DNA from: Candidatus Tayloriibacteriota bacterium | Lineage (GTDB): Bacteria > Patescibacteriota > Minisyncoccia > Phycocordibacterales > PALSA-1337 | Direction: 5' to 3' | DNA: 64,000 bases | Assembly: GCA_037129895.1 (NCBI GenBank) | Contig: JBAXUB010000006.1 | Coordinates: forward strand, 3,580-67,579 | Shown here: positions 1-8,968 of the stretch, one piece after another | Numbering within the stretch: position 1 is the first letter of the stretch | Layout of the letters: the number at the start of each line of letters is the position of its first letter | The notes under the pieces: generated by a model | Told to the model about the DNA's origin: nothing | Seen by the model: only the letters and a program-made list of their open reading frames with translations | The model's database searches: none | Position numbers and translations under genes: made by a program

Positions 1-186
1 GAAAAGAAGATCAAGGATGTCTATGTTACATATACTGGCCATCGTGGAGGTTTGAATTCAGAAACTCTGTCATCACTCATCGCTAGGAGAGGTATGGGAG
101 AAGTTTTCCGAAGAGCAGTTTACCGCATGTTGCCAAATAACAAACTTCGCGACAAGAGGATGCAGAATTTAACAATCAAAGAATAA
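1..186 (+). CDS. rplM: 50S ribosomal protein L13, 3' part (5' end outside the window)
   Basis: Frame 1 reads ...YTGHRGGLNSETL...RRAVYRMLPNNKLRDKRMQNLTIKE*, the L13 C-terminal motifs. It lies directly upstream of rpsI. Confidence 0.93.
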   Translation, partial: EKKIKDVYVTYTGHRGGLNSETLSSLIARRGMGEVFRRAVYRMLPNNKLRDKRMQNLTIKE

Positions 187-192
187 CGAATA

Positions 193-603
193 ATGACATC
201 GACAAAATCAACAACCAAATACTTTGAAGCAGTAGGAAGACGCAAAACAGCTGTCGCTCGTGTTCGACTATTCGCTGGTCCAAAAGCAGGCTATGAAGTC
301 AATGGCAAATCTCTCGAAGCATATTTCCCAACAAAGGAGATGCAACAGACAGTTACAGATGCGATCACTCACGGCAAGGCTGCAGAAAAGTTCCATATAA
401 CTGCCAAGGTTTCTGGTGGAGGTATATCAGCTCAGTCAGAAGCACTACGACATGGTATTTCTAGAGCATTACTTGTATATGATGTAGAGATAAGAGGCCG
501 TTTGAAGAAACTTGGATTCCTGAAACGAGATGCTCGTGCAAAGGAGCGCAGGAAGTTCGGTTTGAAGAAAGCACGCAAATCTCCACAGTGGTCAAAGCGT
601 TAA
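193..603 (+). CDS. rpsI: 30S ribosomal protein S9
   Basis: GRRKTAVARVRL, GGGISAQ and ERRKFGLKKARKSPQWSKR motifs. Confidence 0.98.
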   Translation: MTSTKSTTKYFEAVGRRKTAVARVRLFAGPKAGYEVNGKSLEAYFPTKEMQQTVTDAITHGKAAEKFHITAKVSGGGISAQSEALRHGISRALLVYDVEIRGRLKKLGFLKRDARAKERRKFGLKKARKSPQWSKR

Positions 604-625
604 TTACACAAAATTTATTCCAAAC

Positions 626-654
626 AAAAAGAGAGACGCATGGTCTCTCTTTTT
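626..654. terminator. Intrinsic terminator, probably bidirectional
   Basis: AAAAA-GAGAGAC-gcatg-GTCTCTC-TTTTT hairpin after rpsI. Confidence 0.8.
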
Positions 655-670
655 GTGTATAATGATGACA

Positions 671-2461
671 ATGTCTAATTTCTGGAAAAATCTCTGGTCA
701 CAGAACCCCGAACTCCGAGGTAAGCGTAAGGTGAGGAGAGGTCGTGAGATCAATCCAGATGAGATCATGCTCGATAGTAGCAATATTCCTGACTTTGATA
801 CCTCACAATTTGAAGGAAGGATCGAGAAACCGATATCGAGATTCTCTGTATATAGCTTGGGGGTATTCTTTATCGTAGTGGCTTCGATCTTCATCGTGAA
901 GGCGATCAATATGCAGATCGTCCATGGTGATGAATATGTCTATCGAAGTGAGAAGAATATGCTTCGTCCCATCCCAATATTTGCTGGTAGAGGAGTCATA
1001 TTCGATAGGAATGGTGTTGAACTAGCTTGGAATGCACCTTCTGATGAATCGGCATTAGTAAATAGTATTTCGGGCTCTAGTTCAAAGTCGATCATGAGTG
1101 AGATCCAGAGTCTAGTTTCTACTAGAGAATATGCAACTTCATCAGGATTGTCTCATACTCTCGGTTATGTTCAGTATCCATCAAAGGATAATAATGGATT
1201 CTATTACCGAGAGGATTTCGAAGGAATTGCTGGGGCAGAAAAATATTTTGATAGTGAATTGAAAGGTGTTGCGGGTTCCAGACTCGTAGAAGTTGATGCG
1301 AGAGGAAATACGGTGTCAGAAAATATTGTACATTCTCCATCACAAGGAAAGTCTATGACACTTTCGATCGACAGTAGAGTCCAATCTGCACTATATGGAA
1401 ATATCAAAGACATTGCGGAGAGGGTAGGATTCGCTGGTGGAGCGGGTGTCATCATGGATGTAAATACCGGTGAAGTATTGGCCATGACAAGTTATCCAGA
1501 ATATAGTTCCCAGGTTATGTCTGATAAGACTGATCAGAAAGCCGTTAGAGCCACATTGAACGACCCGCGTCTGCTCTTTCTAGATAGAGCAGTTGATGGT
1601 CTATATACACCAGGATCGATCGTGAAGCCCTATATGGCCTTAGGAGCACAGAATGAGGGTATTATCGACCCAAGTACAGTCATAGTCACTACTGGGTCTA
1701 TATCCATACCTAACCCCTACGATTCGACAAAATCAACGGTATTCCGTGATTGGAAGAACTTGGGTCCGGTCGATATGCGACACGCTATCGCCATGTCTTC
1801 AGATGTGTATTTCTATACCATAGGTGGCGGATATAAAGATCAGAAGGGAATGGGTATAGATGCTATCGATAAGTATTTGCGTTTGTTTGGATTCGGTACT
1901 ACTACTCTGGATGGGTCGTCATCAGTATTATTGGATAAGGCTGGTACAATACCGACACCTGAATGGAAGAAACTGACTTTCAAAGAGGATTGGTATATTG
2001 GAGATACATATCATACCGTGATCGGCCAGTACGGTTTCCAAGTTACACTTATGCAGATCGTTAGGGCTGTTGGAGCTATGGCTAATTATGGAAATGTATT
2101 GACACCTACTATTGTAAAGGGAGAAAAACCGCATATTGAGTCAGTCGTCAATATCCCAAAGAAATATTTTGACGTTGTTCATGAAGGTATGCGTCTAAGT
2201 ACTCAAGTTGGCACTAGTGTTGCTCTGAATGTTCCGTATGTGAAAATCGCAGGTAAGTCAGGTACTGCTGAGCTCGGAGTTTCCAAGGATAAGGTCAACT
2301 CTTGGATCACAGGTTTCTGGCCTTATGACAATCCAAAATATGCTTTCGTTGTAACACTAGAGAAGGGGTCTGTGCATAACTTGATCGGTGCTGCGGCCGC
2401 TATGCGTCAACAGTTGGATTGGATGCAAGGAAATACACCTGAGTATTTCAAAGACTATTGA
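671..2461 (+). CDS. mrdA: Class B penicillin-binding protein (PBP2/MrdA-like transpeptidase)
   Basis: N-terminal TM helix, RG-I-DRNG, SxxK (PGSIVK), SxD (SSDVYFY) and KSGTAE motifs. Start moved to ATG 671, 7 nt after TATAAT at 658-663. Confidence 0.88.
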   Translation: MSNFWKNLWSQNPELRGKRKVRRGREINPDEIMLDSSNIPDFDTSQFEGRIEKPISRFSVYSLGVFFIVVASIFIVKAINMQIVHGDEYVYRSEKNMLRPIPIFAGRGVIFDRNGVELAWNAPSDESALVNSISGSSSKSIMSEIQSLVSTREYATSSGLSHTLGYVQYPSKDNNGFYYREDFEGIAGAEKYFDSELKGVAGSRLVEVDARGNTVSENIVHSPSQGKSMTLSIDSRVQSALYGNIKDIAERVGFAGGAGVIMDVNTGEVLAMTSYPEYSSQVMSDKTDQKAVRATLNDPRLLFLDRAVDGLYTPGSIVKPYMALGAQNEGIIDPSTVIVTTGSISIPNPYDSTKSTVFRDWKNLGPVDMRHAIAMSSDVYFYTIGGGYKDQKGMGIDAIDKYLRLFGFGTTTLDGSSSVLLDKAGTIPTPEWKKLTFKEDWYIGDTYHTVIGQYGFQVTLMQIVRAVGAMANYGNVLTPTIVKGEKPHIESVVNIPKKYFDVVHEGMRLSTQVGTSVALNVPYVKIAGKSGTAELGVSKDKVNSWITGFWPYDNPKYAFVVTLEKGSVHNLIGAAAAMRQQLDWMQGNTPEYFKDY

Positions 2462-2528
2462 GTTTGCTCATCTTTTCTGTTATGATCTATAGCGTAATCT
2501 CTTACTAATAAGTGCTTATTTTTATATC

Positions 2529-2996
2529 ATGTCAACAGAAGTACAATATTTAACAAACGAGAAGCGTGCAGAACTGGAAAAGGAGCTAGATCATCTAAAG
2601 ACTGAACGTCGTAAGGAGATCGCCGAACATCTAGAATATTCCAAGAAGTTGGGAGATCTTTCTGAAAACGCAGAATATCATCAAGCTCGTGAAGAACAGG
2701 CAGAAGCCGAGGATCGTATTCGTAGGTTGGAGGTGTTACTCAAGAACGCTGTGATGATAGAGGCTGGTGGGAAAGATGTGATCGCTATCGGATCGACATT
2801 TCGTCTACAGAAGGATTCAGATAACAAGACGTATATCTACACGATAGTCGGTTCAGAAGAAGCTGACATGACTCATGGCAAGATTTCCAATATTTCACCG
2901 ATGGGATCGGCTCTATTGGGTCACAAGAAAGGTGACAAGGTGAAAGTTTCAACCCCAAAGGGTACTGTAGAATACACAGTTGTTATCATAAAATAA
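2529..2996 (+). CDS. greA: Transcription elongation factor GreA
   Basis: GDLSENAEY motif and ISNISPMGSALLG. Confidence 0.97.
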   Translation: MSTEVQYLTNEKRAELEKELDHLKTERRKEIAEHLEYSKKLGDLSENAEYHQAREEQAEAEDRIRRLEVLLKNAVMIEAGGKDVIAIGSTFRLQKDSDNKTYIYTIVGSEEADMTHGKISNISPMGSALLGHKKGDKVKVSTPKGTVEYTVVIIK

Positions 2997-2997
2997 A

Positions 2998-4491
2998 ATG
3001 GCATCACTAGAAGAGCTCCGTAAAATCAGATTAGATAAATTGGTTTTATTACAGAAAGCTGGAATAAATCCTTATCCAGCGAAAGTGCCTAGAACTTTTT
3101 GTTTGGCTAATGCCCGCAAGAATTTTGAAGAATATGAAAAGAGCGCAAAACCAGTATCACTGTGTGGTCGTATAATGGCGATCAGGGGACAAGGTGCGAT
3201 CTTATTCGTAGTACTAGATGATGGTAAGTCTACATTTCAGTCAGTTATAAAGAAAGACGTATTGGATGCGGCTTCATTCGATCTATTCTCACAAACAGTA
3301 GATATTGGAGATATCCTGAGTGTGACTGGAACATTTTTCAAGACGAATAGGGGAGAGCAAAGCATCATGGTCAATTCATGGGTGATGGCTGCCAAGTCTT
3401 TGTTACCTTTACCAGAAAAGTGGCATGGATTAACTGATCCTGACGAGAAATTTCGCAAGAGATATCTCGATTTCATCATGGATCCAGAAACTCGCGATAT
3501 TTTCTACAAAAAAGCACGATTTTGGGAAGTTGTACGAGCGATCATGAAAGAGGAAGGTTTCCTAGAAGTGGAAACACCAACATTGGAAACGACGACAGGT
3601 GGTGCAGAAGCGACCCCATTCAAGACTCATCACAATGACTATGATCTAGATGTATATCTACGTATTTCTGTAGGCGAATTGTGGCAGAAGAGACTTATGG
3701 CTGCCGGTTTTCCGAAAACTTTTGAGATTGGTCGTGTATATAGGAATGAAGGATCGAGCCCAGAACATCTTCAGGAATTTACAAACCTCGAGTTTTACTG
3801 GTCATATGCTGATTACAATGATGGTATGGAACTGGTAATGAAAATGTACAGGAGGATTGCAGAGGAAGTTTTCGGTACGACCAAATTTACTTACAAGGAA
3901 CATACATTCGACCTAGCAGATGAGTGGAAAAAGATTGACTATGCTGGAGAGATTTTGAAACAAACAGAGATCGATATAGCAAAAGCTAGTGATGCTGATA
4001 TAAAGAGCAAGTTGGACAGCTTAAAAGTGAAATATGACGGAACTAATAGAGAGAGACTGGTTGATACGTTATGGAAATATTGCAGGAAGAATATCGCTGG
4101 TCCAGCATTCTTAGTGAACCATCCAGTTCTCGTTGCACCACTTGCAAAGTCTGTTGTCGGTTCTGATTCTGCTTCTGCTCCTGCAGAGGTCAGACCTATG
4201 CAGACTGTGCAGATGTTCCAGCCGATCATAGCCGGCTCCGAGATCGGTCGTGGATATTCCGAGCTCAATGACCCTATAGATCAACGCGAGAGATTCGAGG
4301 CTCAGCAGAAACTATTAGAAGGTGGTGATACTGAGGCGATGATGTCTGATTGGGAATTCGTAGAGATGCTAGAACACGGAATGCCACCAACATGTGGATA
4401 TGGTTTCGGAGAACGACTTTTCGCTGTACTTGCAAATAAACCTATGAGGGAAGTGACAATGTTTCCTTTGATGAAAGAAAAGAAGGGCTAG
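2998..4491 (+). CDS. lysS: Lysine--tRNA ligase (class II)
   Basis: OB-fold N-terminus, EVETP, GGAEATPF, motif 2 YRNEG...EFT and motif 3 GMPPTCG. Contains a REP-derived loop (see findings). Confidence 0.97.
   Translation: MASLEELRKIRLDKLVLLQKAGINPYPAKVPRTFCLANARKNFEEYEKSAKPVSLCGRIMAIRGQGAILFVVLDDGKSTFQSVIKKDVLDAASFDLFSQTVDIGDILSVTGTFFKTNRGEQSIMVNSWVMAAKSLLPLPEKWHGLTDPDEKFRKRYLDFIMDPETRDIFYKKARFWEVVRAIMKEEGFLEVETPTLETTTGGAEATPFKTHHNDYDLDVYLRISVGELWQKRLMAAGFPKTFEIGRVYRNEGSSPEHLQEFTNLEFYWSYADYNDGMELVMKMYRRIAEEVFGTTKFTYKEHTFDLADEWKKIDYAGEILKQTEIDIAKASDADIKSKLDSLKVKYDGTNRERLVDTLWKYCRKNIAGPAFLVNHPVLVAPLAKSVVGSDSASAPAEVRPMQTVQMFQPIIAGSEIGRGYSELNDPIDQRERFEAQQKLLEGGDTEAMMSDWEFVEMLEHGMPPTCGYGFGERLFAVLANKPMREVTMFPLMKEKKG
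4181..4203. repeat. REP-like palindrome, copy 1 (inside lysS)
   Basis: CTGCAGAGGTC-A-GACCTATGCAG matches the family consensus TGYAGAGGTCWGACCTMTRCA. Confidence 0.85.
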
Positions 4492-5133
4492 CTAACCGCA
4501 GATGGCTGTAGAGGTCTGACCTATGCAGTGTGCAGGTTTATGTAGAGGTCTGACCTCTACACCCTTTACATCTGTTAATATCACTGATTGGGGTCTTATA
4601 ACACCATTGAAATCTCTCAGGCTGGAATACTCATAGTTCATGGCGAAATCGACGCGTGCCTCAAGGGTGTTTTTAAGCGGATCAATTAGATCGCACGGAT
4701 TCAAATGAATGTAATTGATCAGAGATTCTATGTACGTTCCATCGTAAACAGGCTTTTCTTTGTATGCGCCCTGCCATATAGTGCCCGAATGCGAATATTT
4801 TTTATTATAATATGACGAATATCCTGTCATCAATTTGTGTATAAATATAGTCATATTATCTCTAGGACGAGACTTACCTGGGGTGCGTTTTTTGAGCGCA
4901 ATATGAATATGATTGGGCATGAGGCAATAAGCAACGATGTCAACTAATATCTTTTTGCGATCGATGGCGAATACATTTTCTGAAAGTCTGGATAAAATGA
5001 ATGGCTCATCATTATTGGCTATGTATAGCAGTTTAACCATTCGAATATAATCTGAGTTATCAAGAAAAATATTTGCTTTATGAGCCCCACGATTGTATAC
5101 GTGGTGGTATATTTCGTCATTTTGTATTTGCAT
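4492..5133 (-). mobile_element. REP-associated tyrosine transposase (RAYT, IS200/IS605-superfamily Y1 HUH nuclease)
   Basis: YHHVYNRG, AYCLMPNHIH (HUH), catalytic YIHLNP and YSS motifs, with palindromic repeats on both sides. Likely start is ATG 5133, 6 nt after TATGAT; the ORF track extends it to 5205. Confidence 0.92.
4507..4561. repeat. REP-like doublet, copies 2-3 (in the RAYT 3' end)
   Basis: TGTAGAGGTCTGACCTATGCA (4507-4527) and TGTAGAGGTCTGACCTCTACA (4541-4561) separated by a 13-nt spacer. Confidence 0.92.
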
Positions 5134-5221
5134 ATCGCTATCATACTTGATAAGCGATAAAGAAATGATTAAGAAAAGATAAAATTTTGATAAATATTGT
5201 CTCAAATTTCAGCTCTGCAGA

Positions 5222-5244
5222 GTGTAGAGGTCTGACCTCTACAC
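5222..5244. repeat. REP-like palindrome, copy 4 (upstream of RAYT)
   Basis: Perfect GTGTAGAGGTC-T-GACCTCTACAC, followed by a partial CTCTACA duplication. Confidence 0.92.
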
Positions 5245-5296
5245 CTCTACATCTAATATCCCCGAGTTATCCACTGTTTTTATTTGTATCGACTTA

Positions 5297-5340
5297 GTGA
5301 AGTGGGGTATAATGACCATCAAGTGGGAAGAAGTGGAAAA
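5297..5340 (+). promoter_or_regulatory. mraZ promoter with probable MraZ operator repeats
   Basis: GTGG(G/A) at 5302, 5323 and 5333 around TATAAT at 5308-5313. MraZ is known to bind spaced GTGG-type repeats upstream of its own gene. Confidence 0.7.
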
Positions 5341-5405
5341 AGGTTATTTTCTCATAATTTAAATATTTTGAAGAAAAGCCATAAATTCATTTCTCTCGCG
5401 TGCAT

Positions 5406-5849
5406 ATGATCATCGGCGAATTCCGACATACTATAGACGACAAGAACCGCATATCGCTTCCTGCAAAGTTCCGAAAGGAAATGGGGAAGACGGTGGTTAT
5501 CACTCCTGGACTCGATTCCTGTCTCTTTATCTTTACGATGAAAGAATGGGAAAAGATTTCAGGAAGACTGTCGGCCGGAGACGCTTCGATGCTGCAGGCG
5601 GACAATCGCGGCTTCAATCGTTACCTCCTTGGAGGAGCGGTTGAGGTCGAGGTTGATGCAGTAGGTCGTATGTTGTTGCCAGAGTATATTCGCGAGCGAG
5701 GAAAGCTCGAGAATAACCGAGTTGTCTTCATAGGTGTCGGTGATCGTGCTGAACTATGGGATGAGTCAGCTTGGGATACATATCGCAAAGAGGTCGAAGG
5801 TAACGCTCTACATTTGGCAGAAAAACTAGGTTCTGCGGGCGTTAAATAA
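5406..5849 (+). CDS. mraZ: Division/cell-wall cluster transcriptional repressor MraZ
   Basis: GEFRHTIDDKNRISLPAKFR and DAVGRMLLP motifs. ATG 5406 preferred over GTG 5400. Confidence 0.96.
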   Translation: MIIGEFRHTIDDKNRISLPAKFRKEMGKTVVITPGLDSCLFIFTMKEWEKISGRLSAGDASMLQADNRGFNRYLLGGAVEVEVDAVGRMLLPEYIRERGKLENNRVVFIGVGDRAELWDESAWDTYRKEVEGNALHLAEKLGSAGVK

Positions 5850-5850
5850 G

Positions 5851-6834
5851 ATGTCGAACGATACAGAGAAAGGTGACGTCAGTGTTCATGAGTCGGTTCT
5901 TTTACAAGAAGTTGTCGAGTTGCTCACGAAGAGTCTTTCTAACTCTTCTAGTCCTTTGATTTCTCCTTCTTCCGCCCTCCGAGCTCCTAGTTCCTCTCCT
6001 TACTACCTAGACGGTACGTTGGGTGGTGCAGGGCATGCTGTCGCTATAGCGAAAGCCCTAGCGGGTAAGGTGAATATACTAGGACTCGATCAAGATCCTA
6101 GAGCCATAGAGAGAGCGCAGAGAGTATTGAAAAGTCATTTGAATACGGAAAGTAAGTTGATACTCGAATGCGAAAATTTCAGAAATATGGGCAAAGTTTT
6201 GGAGAAACATGATATCAAGGGGGTAGATATGATCTTGCTCGATCTCGGTTTCTCATCAGATGAATTGGAGACATCCGGTAAAGGTTTCTCTTTTCAGAGA
6301 GATGAGCCACTCCAGATGACGATGTCGAGCTCTGATAAGCATCTCTTTACAGCGAAAAGTATCGTGAATAATTGGACAGAGGAGGACATAGCAAACGTGA
6401 TATACGGTTATGGGGAAGAGAGATTTGCACGCCGCATCGCCCGATCTATCATCAATTACAGAACCAAGAAGCAGATTGAGACCACATTTGAATTAGTCGA
6501 TATCATCAAGATGTCTGTACCGGCGTTCTATAGAAGAGGAAAGACAAATCCAGCAACAAAGACATTCCAGGCGTTACGAATAGCGGTAAATGACGAGTTG
6601 AATGCTTTGAAGATCGGTTTGGATATGGGGTACAAAGCATTGAATGTGGGGGGTAGGATGGCAATCATTTCATTTCATAGTTTAGAAGATAGGATTGTCA
6701 AAGATTTTTATAAAGAGAAGGGAAAAGATGGTGCGAATATTATTACAAAGAAACCGATAGTAGCTAGTGATCAAGAGAGAGCAGAAAATCCGAGATCACG
6801 AAGTGCAAAGTTGAGAGTTATAGAGAAAGTTTAG
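5851..6834 (+). CDS. rsmH: 16S rRNA m4C1402 methyltransferase RsmH
   Basis: HESVLL, DGTLGGAGH, DLGFSS, FQALRIAVNDEL, SFHSLEDR and NPRSRSAKLR motifs. Confidence 0.97.
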   Translation: MSNDTEKGDVSVHESVLLQEVVELLTKSLSNSSSPLISPSSALRAPSSSPYYLDGTLGGAGHAVAIAKALAGKVNILGLDQDPRAIERAQRVLKSHLNTESKLILECENFRNMGKVLEKHDIKGVDMILLDLGFSSDELETSGKGFSFQRDEPLQMTMSSSDKHLFTAKSIVNNWTEEDIANVIYGYGEERFARRIARSIINYRTKKQIETTFELVDIIKMSVPAFYRRGKTNPATKTFQALRIAVNDELNALKIGLDMGYKALNVGGRMAIISFHSLEDRIVKDFYKEKGKDGANIITKKPIVASDQERAENPRSRSAKLRVIEKV

Positions 6835-6873
6835 TCAAATTATCATAATTAATATTTAATACATTACAATACA

Positions 6874-7209
6874 ATGACAAAAGCAATAGTAGATACGATC
6901 AAAGTTACGAATAACTACAGGACGCAGATGACGTATGTATTGATCGGCGGCTGTTTCCTCATGATCGCTATCTATGTATTCAATGTATTCAGAGTCATAT
7001 CTAGTACAGTTGCTCTTCAGAAGGTTCAGAACCAGACAGCATCACTCGAAAGCAATGTTGAGAATCTAGACGCGAAATACTTGCAACTCTCTAGTGAGAT
7101 AACTCCAGATACTCTAGCTGATCATGGATTCGTGGCCGGAAAGGTCAGCGACTATATCTCTCGCAATGTTTCACTAGGATCCGTAGCAACTGGCGGACAT
7201 GAATTATAA
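6874..7209 (+). CDS. FtsL-like cell division protein
   Basis: Single TM helix plus coiled coil, in the syntenic slot between rsmH and ftsI. Confidence 0.6.
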   Translation: MTKAIVDTIKVTNNYRTQMTYVLIGGCFLMIAIYVFNVFRVISSTVALQKVQNQTASLESNVENLDAKYLQLSSEITPDTLADHGFVAGKVSDYISRNVSLGSVATGGHEL

Positions 7210-8929
7210 TCAGAGAATTCGGGCGAGGATTATATACGGTGGTATATTGGTTGCCGCTTTAGTTATAGCTGTATCCCTATATTCAATACAAGTCGTCAAA
7301 GGACCTAGTTATGCTGCAAAGGCTGATAAACAATATGTTAGACCGAGTTCCACTCTATTTGATAGAGGTTCGATATATTTTCAATCAAAGAATGGTACAA
7401 AAGCCGCTGCCGCATCGATCGGTAGTGGATATTTGATATACGTAAATCCTTCACAGATCAAAGATGCCATGCAGACATACGATGCTTTGTCGCAGTATAT
7501 TGAATTGGACAAAATTGAGTTTATCAATAAATCGAGTAACAAGAGTGATCTGTATTATGAATTGGCGCACAAGGTTGATGAGGGTACTGCAGCAGCGGTT
7601 AGGTCACTATCTCTCTCTGGTGTTGGGGTTGCGAAGGAGACTTGGCGTACGTATCCAGGTAATGATACAGCTGCTCACGAGCTCGGACTCATCGGAGAGA
7701 ATTCATCAGGTCTGGTTCAGGGTAGATATGGTCTAGAGAGTACATATCAGACTACTTTGGCTCGGGTTGGTATCGGCTCTGCTGTGAATGTATTTGCACA
7801 ACTGTTTTCCGGTGTCAAAGATGTGGTCTTCGGCGCTTCGAGTGAATATGGAGATATTGTGACAACTATTGAGCCGACGACACAGAAATATTTGGAACAA
7901 ATATTGAAACAAACAAGTGGCAAATGGAATCCAGATGAGATCGGCGGGATCGTTATTGATCCGAAGACCGGGGAAATCATAGCTATGGCATCTCTGCCGT
8001 CATTCAATCCAAATGATACTTCAACTGTAAAGGATGTGAATGTGTTCTCCAACCCATTGGTTGAACATGTCTATGAAATGGGATCGATCCTAAAGCCGCT
8101 TACCATGGCTATGGCATTGGATAGTGGTGTAGAGACTCCTGATTCTACATATGATGATACTGGGACACTCACACTGAATACAAAGAAGATTTCAAACTAT
8201 GATGGTAAGGCACGTGGAGTCATACCGATGCAACAGATACTCAGTCAATCTCTGAATGTAGGTGCAGCAACTATCGCCATGAATGTCGAGCACAAGCTCG
8301 GAGCAGGAACAATGTTCAAGTATTTCAGCGATTTTGGTTTCGGCCAGAAGACTGGTATCGATCAACCAAATGAAGCGACAGGTATCATCAGTAATCTGAA
8401 GAGTGGTCGAGACATTGAGATCGCGACAGCGGCATATGGACAAGGTATCGCTGTGTCACCGGTCGAGATGGTTCGCGGACTTTCGATATTGGCAAATGGT
8501 GGATATCTAGTGACTCCACACTTGGTGAAAGAAATCGATATGAGTGATGGTACGACAAAGACGATCGAGATCAAGAAGGTTGGTCCAATATTGAAGAAGC
8601 AAAGTGTAGATGATGTAACAGGCATGCTCATCAAAGTCGTTGATGAAACTATCGGTAAAGCACACCCAGACATATATTTTACGAATTATAGTGTTGCAGC
8701 GAAGACTGGTACGGCACAGATAGCGGATCATCAAAATGGTGGATATTATCCAGACAAGTATCTGCACTCATTTTTCGGATATTTTCCAGCGTATAGTCCA
8801 AAATATTTAATATTTTTGTATCAAGTATATCCAAAGGGTGCACAGTACGCTTCGGATACTTTAACTGAGCCATTTAGCCAGATTACGAAGTTTCTGATAG
8901 ACTACTATAACGTTACGCCGGATAGATAA
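7199..8929 (+). CDS. ftsI: Class B PBP, FtsI/PBP3-like septal transpeptidase
   Basis: TM anchor, YEMGSILK (SxxK), SLN and KTGTAQ motifs; position in the dcw cluster. Confidence 0.88.
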   Translation: MNYNQRIRARIIYGGILVAALVIAVSLYSIQVVKGPSYAAKADKQYVRPSSTLFDRGSIYFQSKNGTKAAAASIGSGYLIYVNPSQIKDAMQTYDALSQYIELDKIEFINKSSNKSDLYYELAHKVDEGTAAAVRSLSLSGVGVAKETWRTYPGNDTAAHELGLIGENSSGLVQGRYGLESTYQTTLARVGIGSAVNVFAQLFSGVKDVVFGASSEYGDIVTTIEPTTQKYLEQILKQTSGKWNPDEIGGIVIDPKTGEIIAMASLPSFNPNDTSTVKDVNVFSNPLVEHVYEMGSILKPLTMAMALDSGVETPDSTYDDTGTLTLNTKKISNYDGKARGVIPMQQILSQSLNVGAATIAMNVEHKLGAGTMFKYFSDFGFGQKTGIDQPNEATGIISNLKSGRDIEIATAAYGQGIAVSPVEMVRGLSILANGGYLVTPHLVKEIDMSDGTTKTIEIKKVGPILKKQSVDDVTGMLIKVVDETIGKAHPDIYFTNYSVAAKTGTAQIADHQNGGYYPDKYLHSFFGYFPAYSPKYLIFLYQVYPKGAQYASDTLTEPFSQITKFLIDYYNVTPDR

Positions 8930-8968
8930 GTGGCGTAGGTATGGGTGTAAATAGTATAAATAGAGGAA

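Noticed and set aside
2459-2461. Alternative genetic code (TGA read as Gly, as in Gracilibacteria/Absconditabacteria)
   Set aside because: Conserved genes are full length under code 11, and several end at TGA where expected.
4507-4561. Repeat-spacer-repeat units here and at 26005-26059 as mini CRISPR arrays
   Set aside because: Only two units each, 13-nt spacers, no cas genes, and dispersed single copies next to a RAYT gene fit REP elements better.
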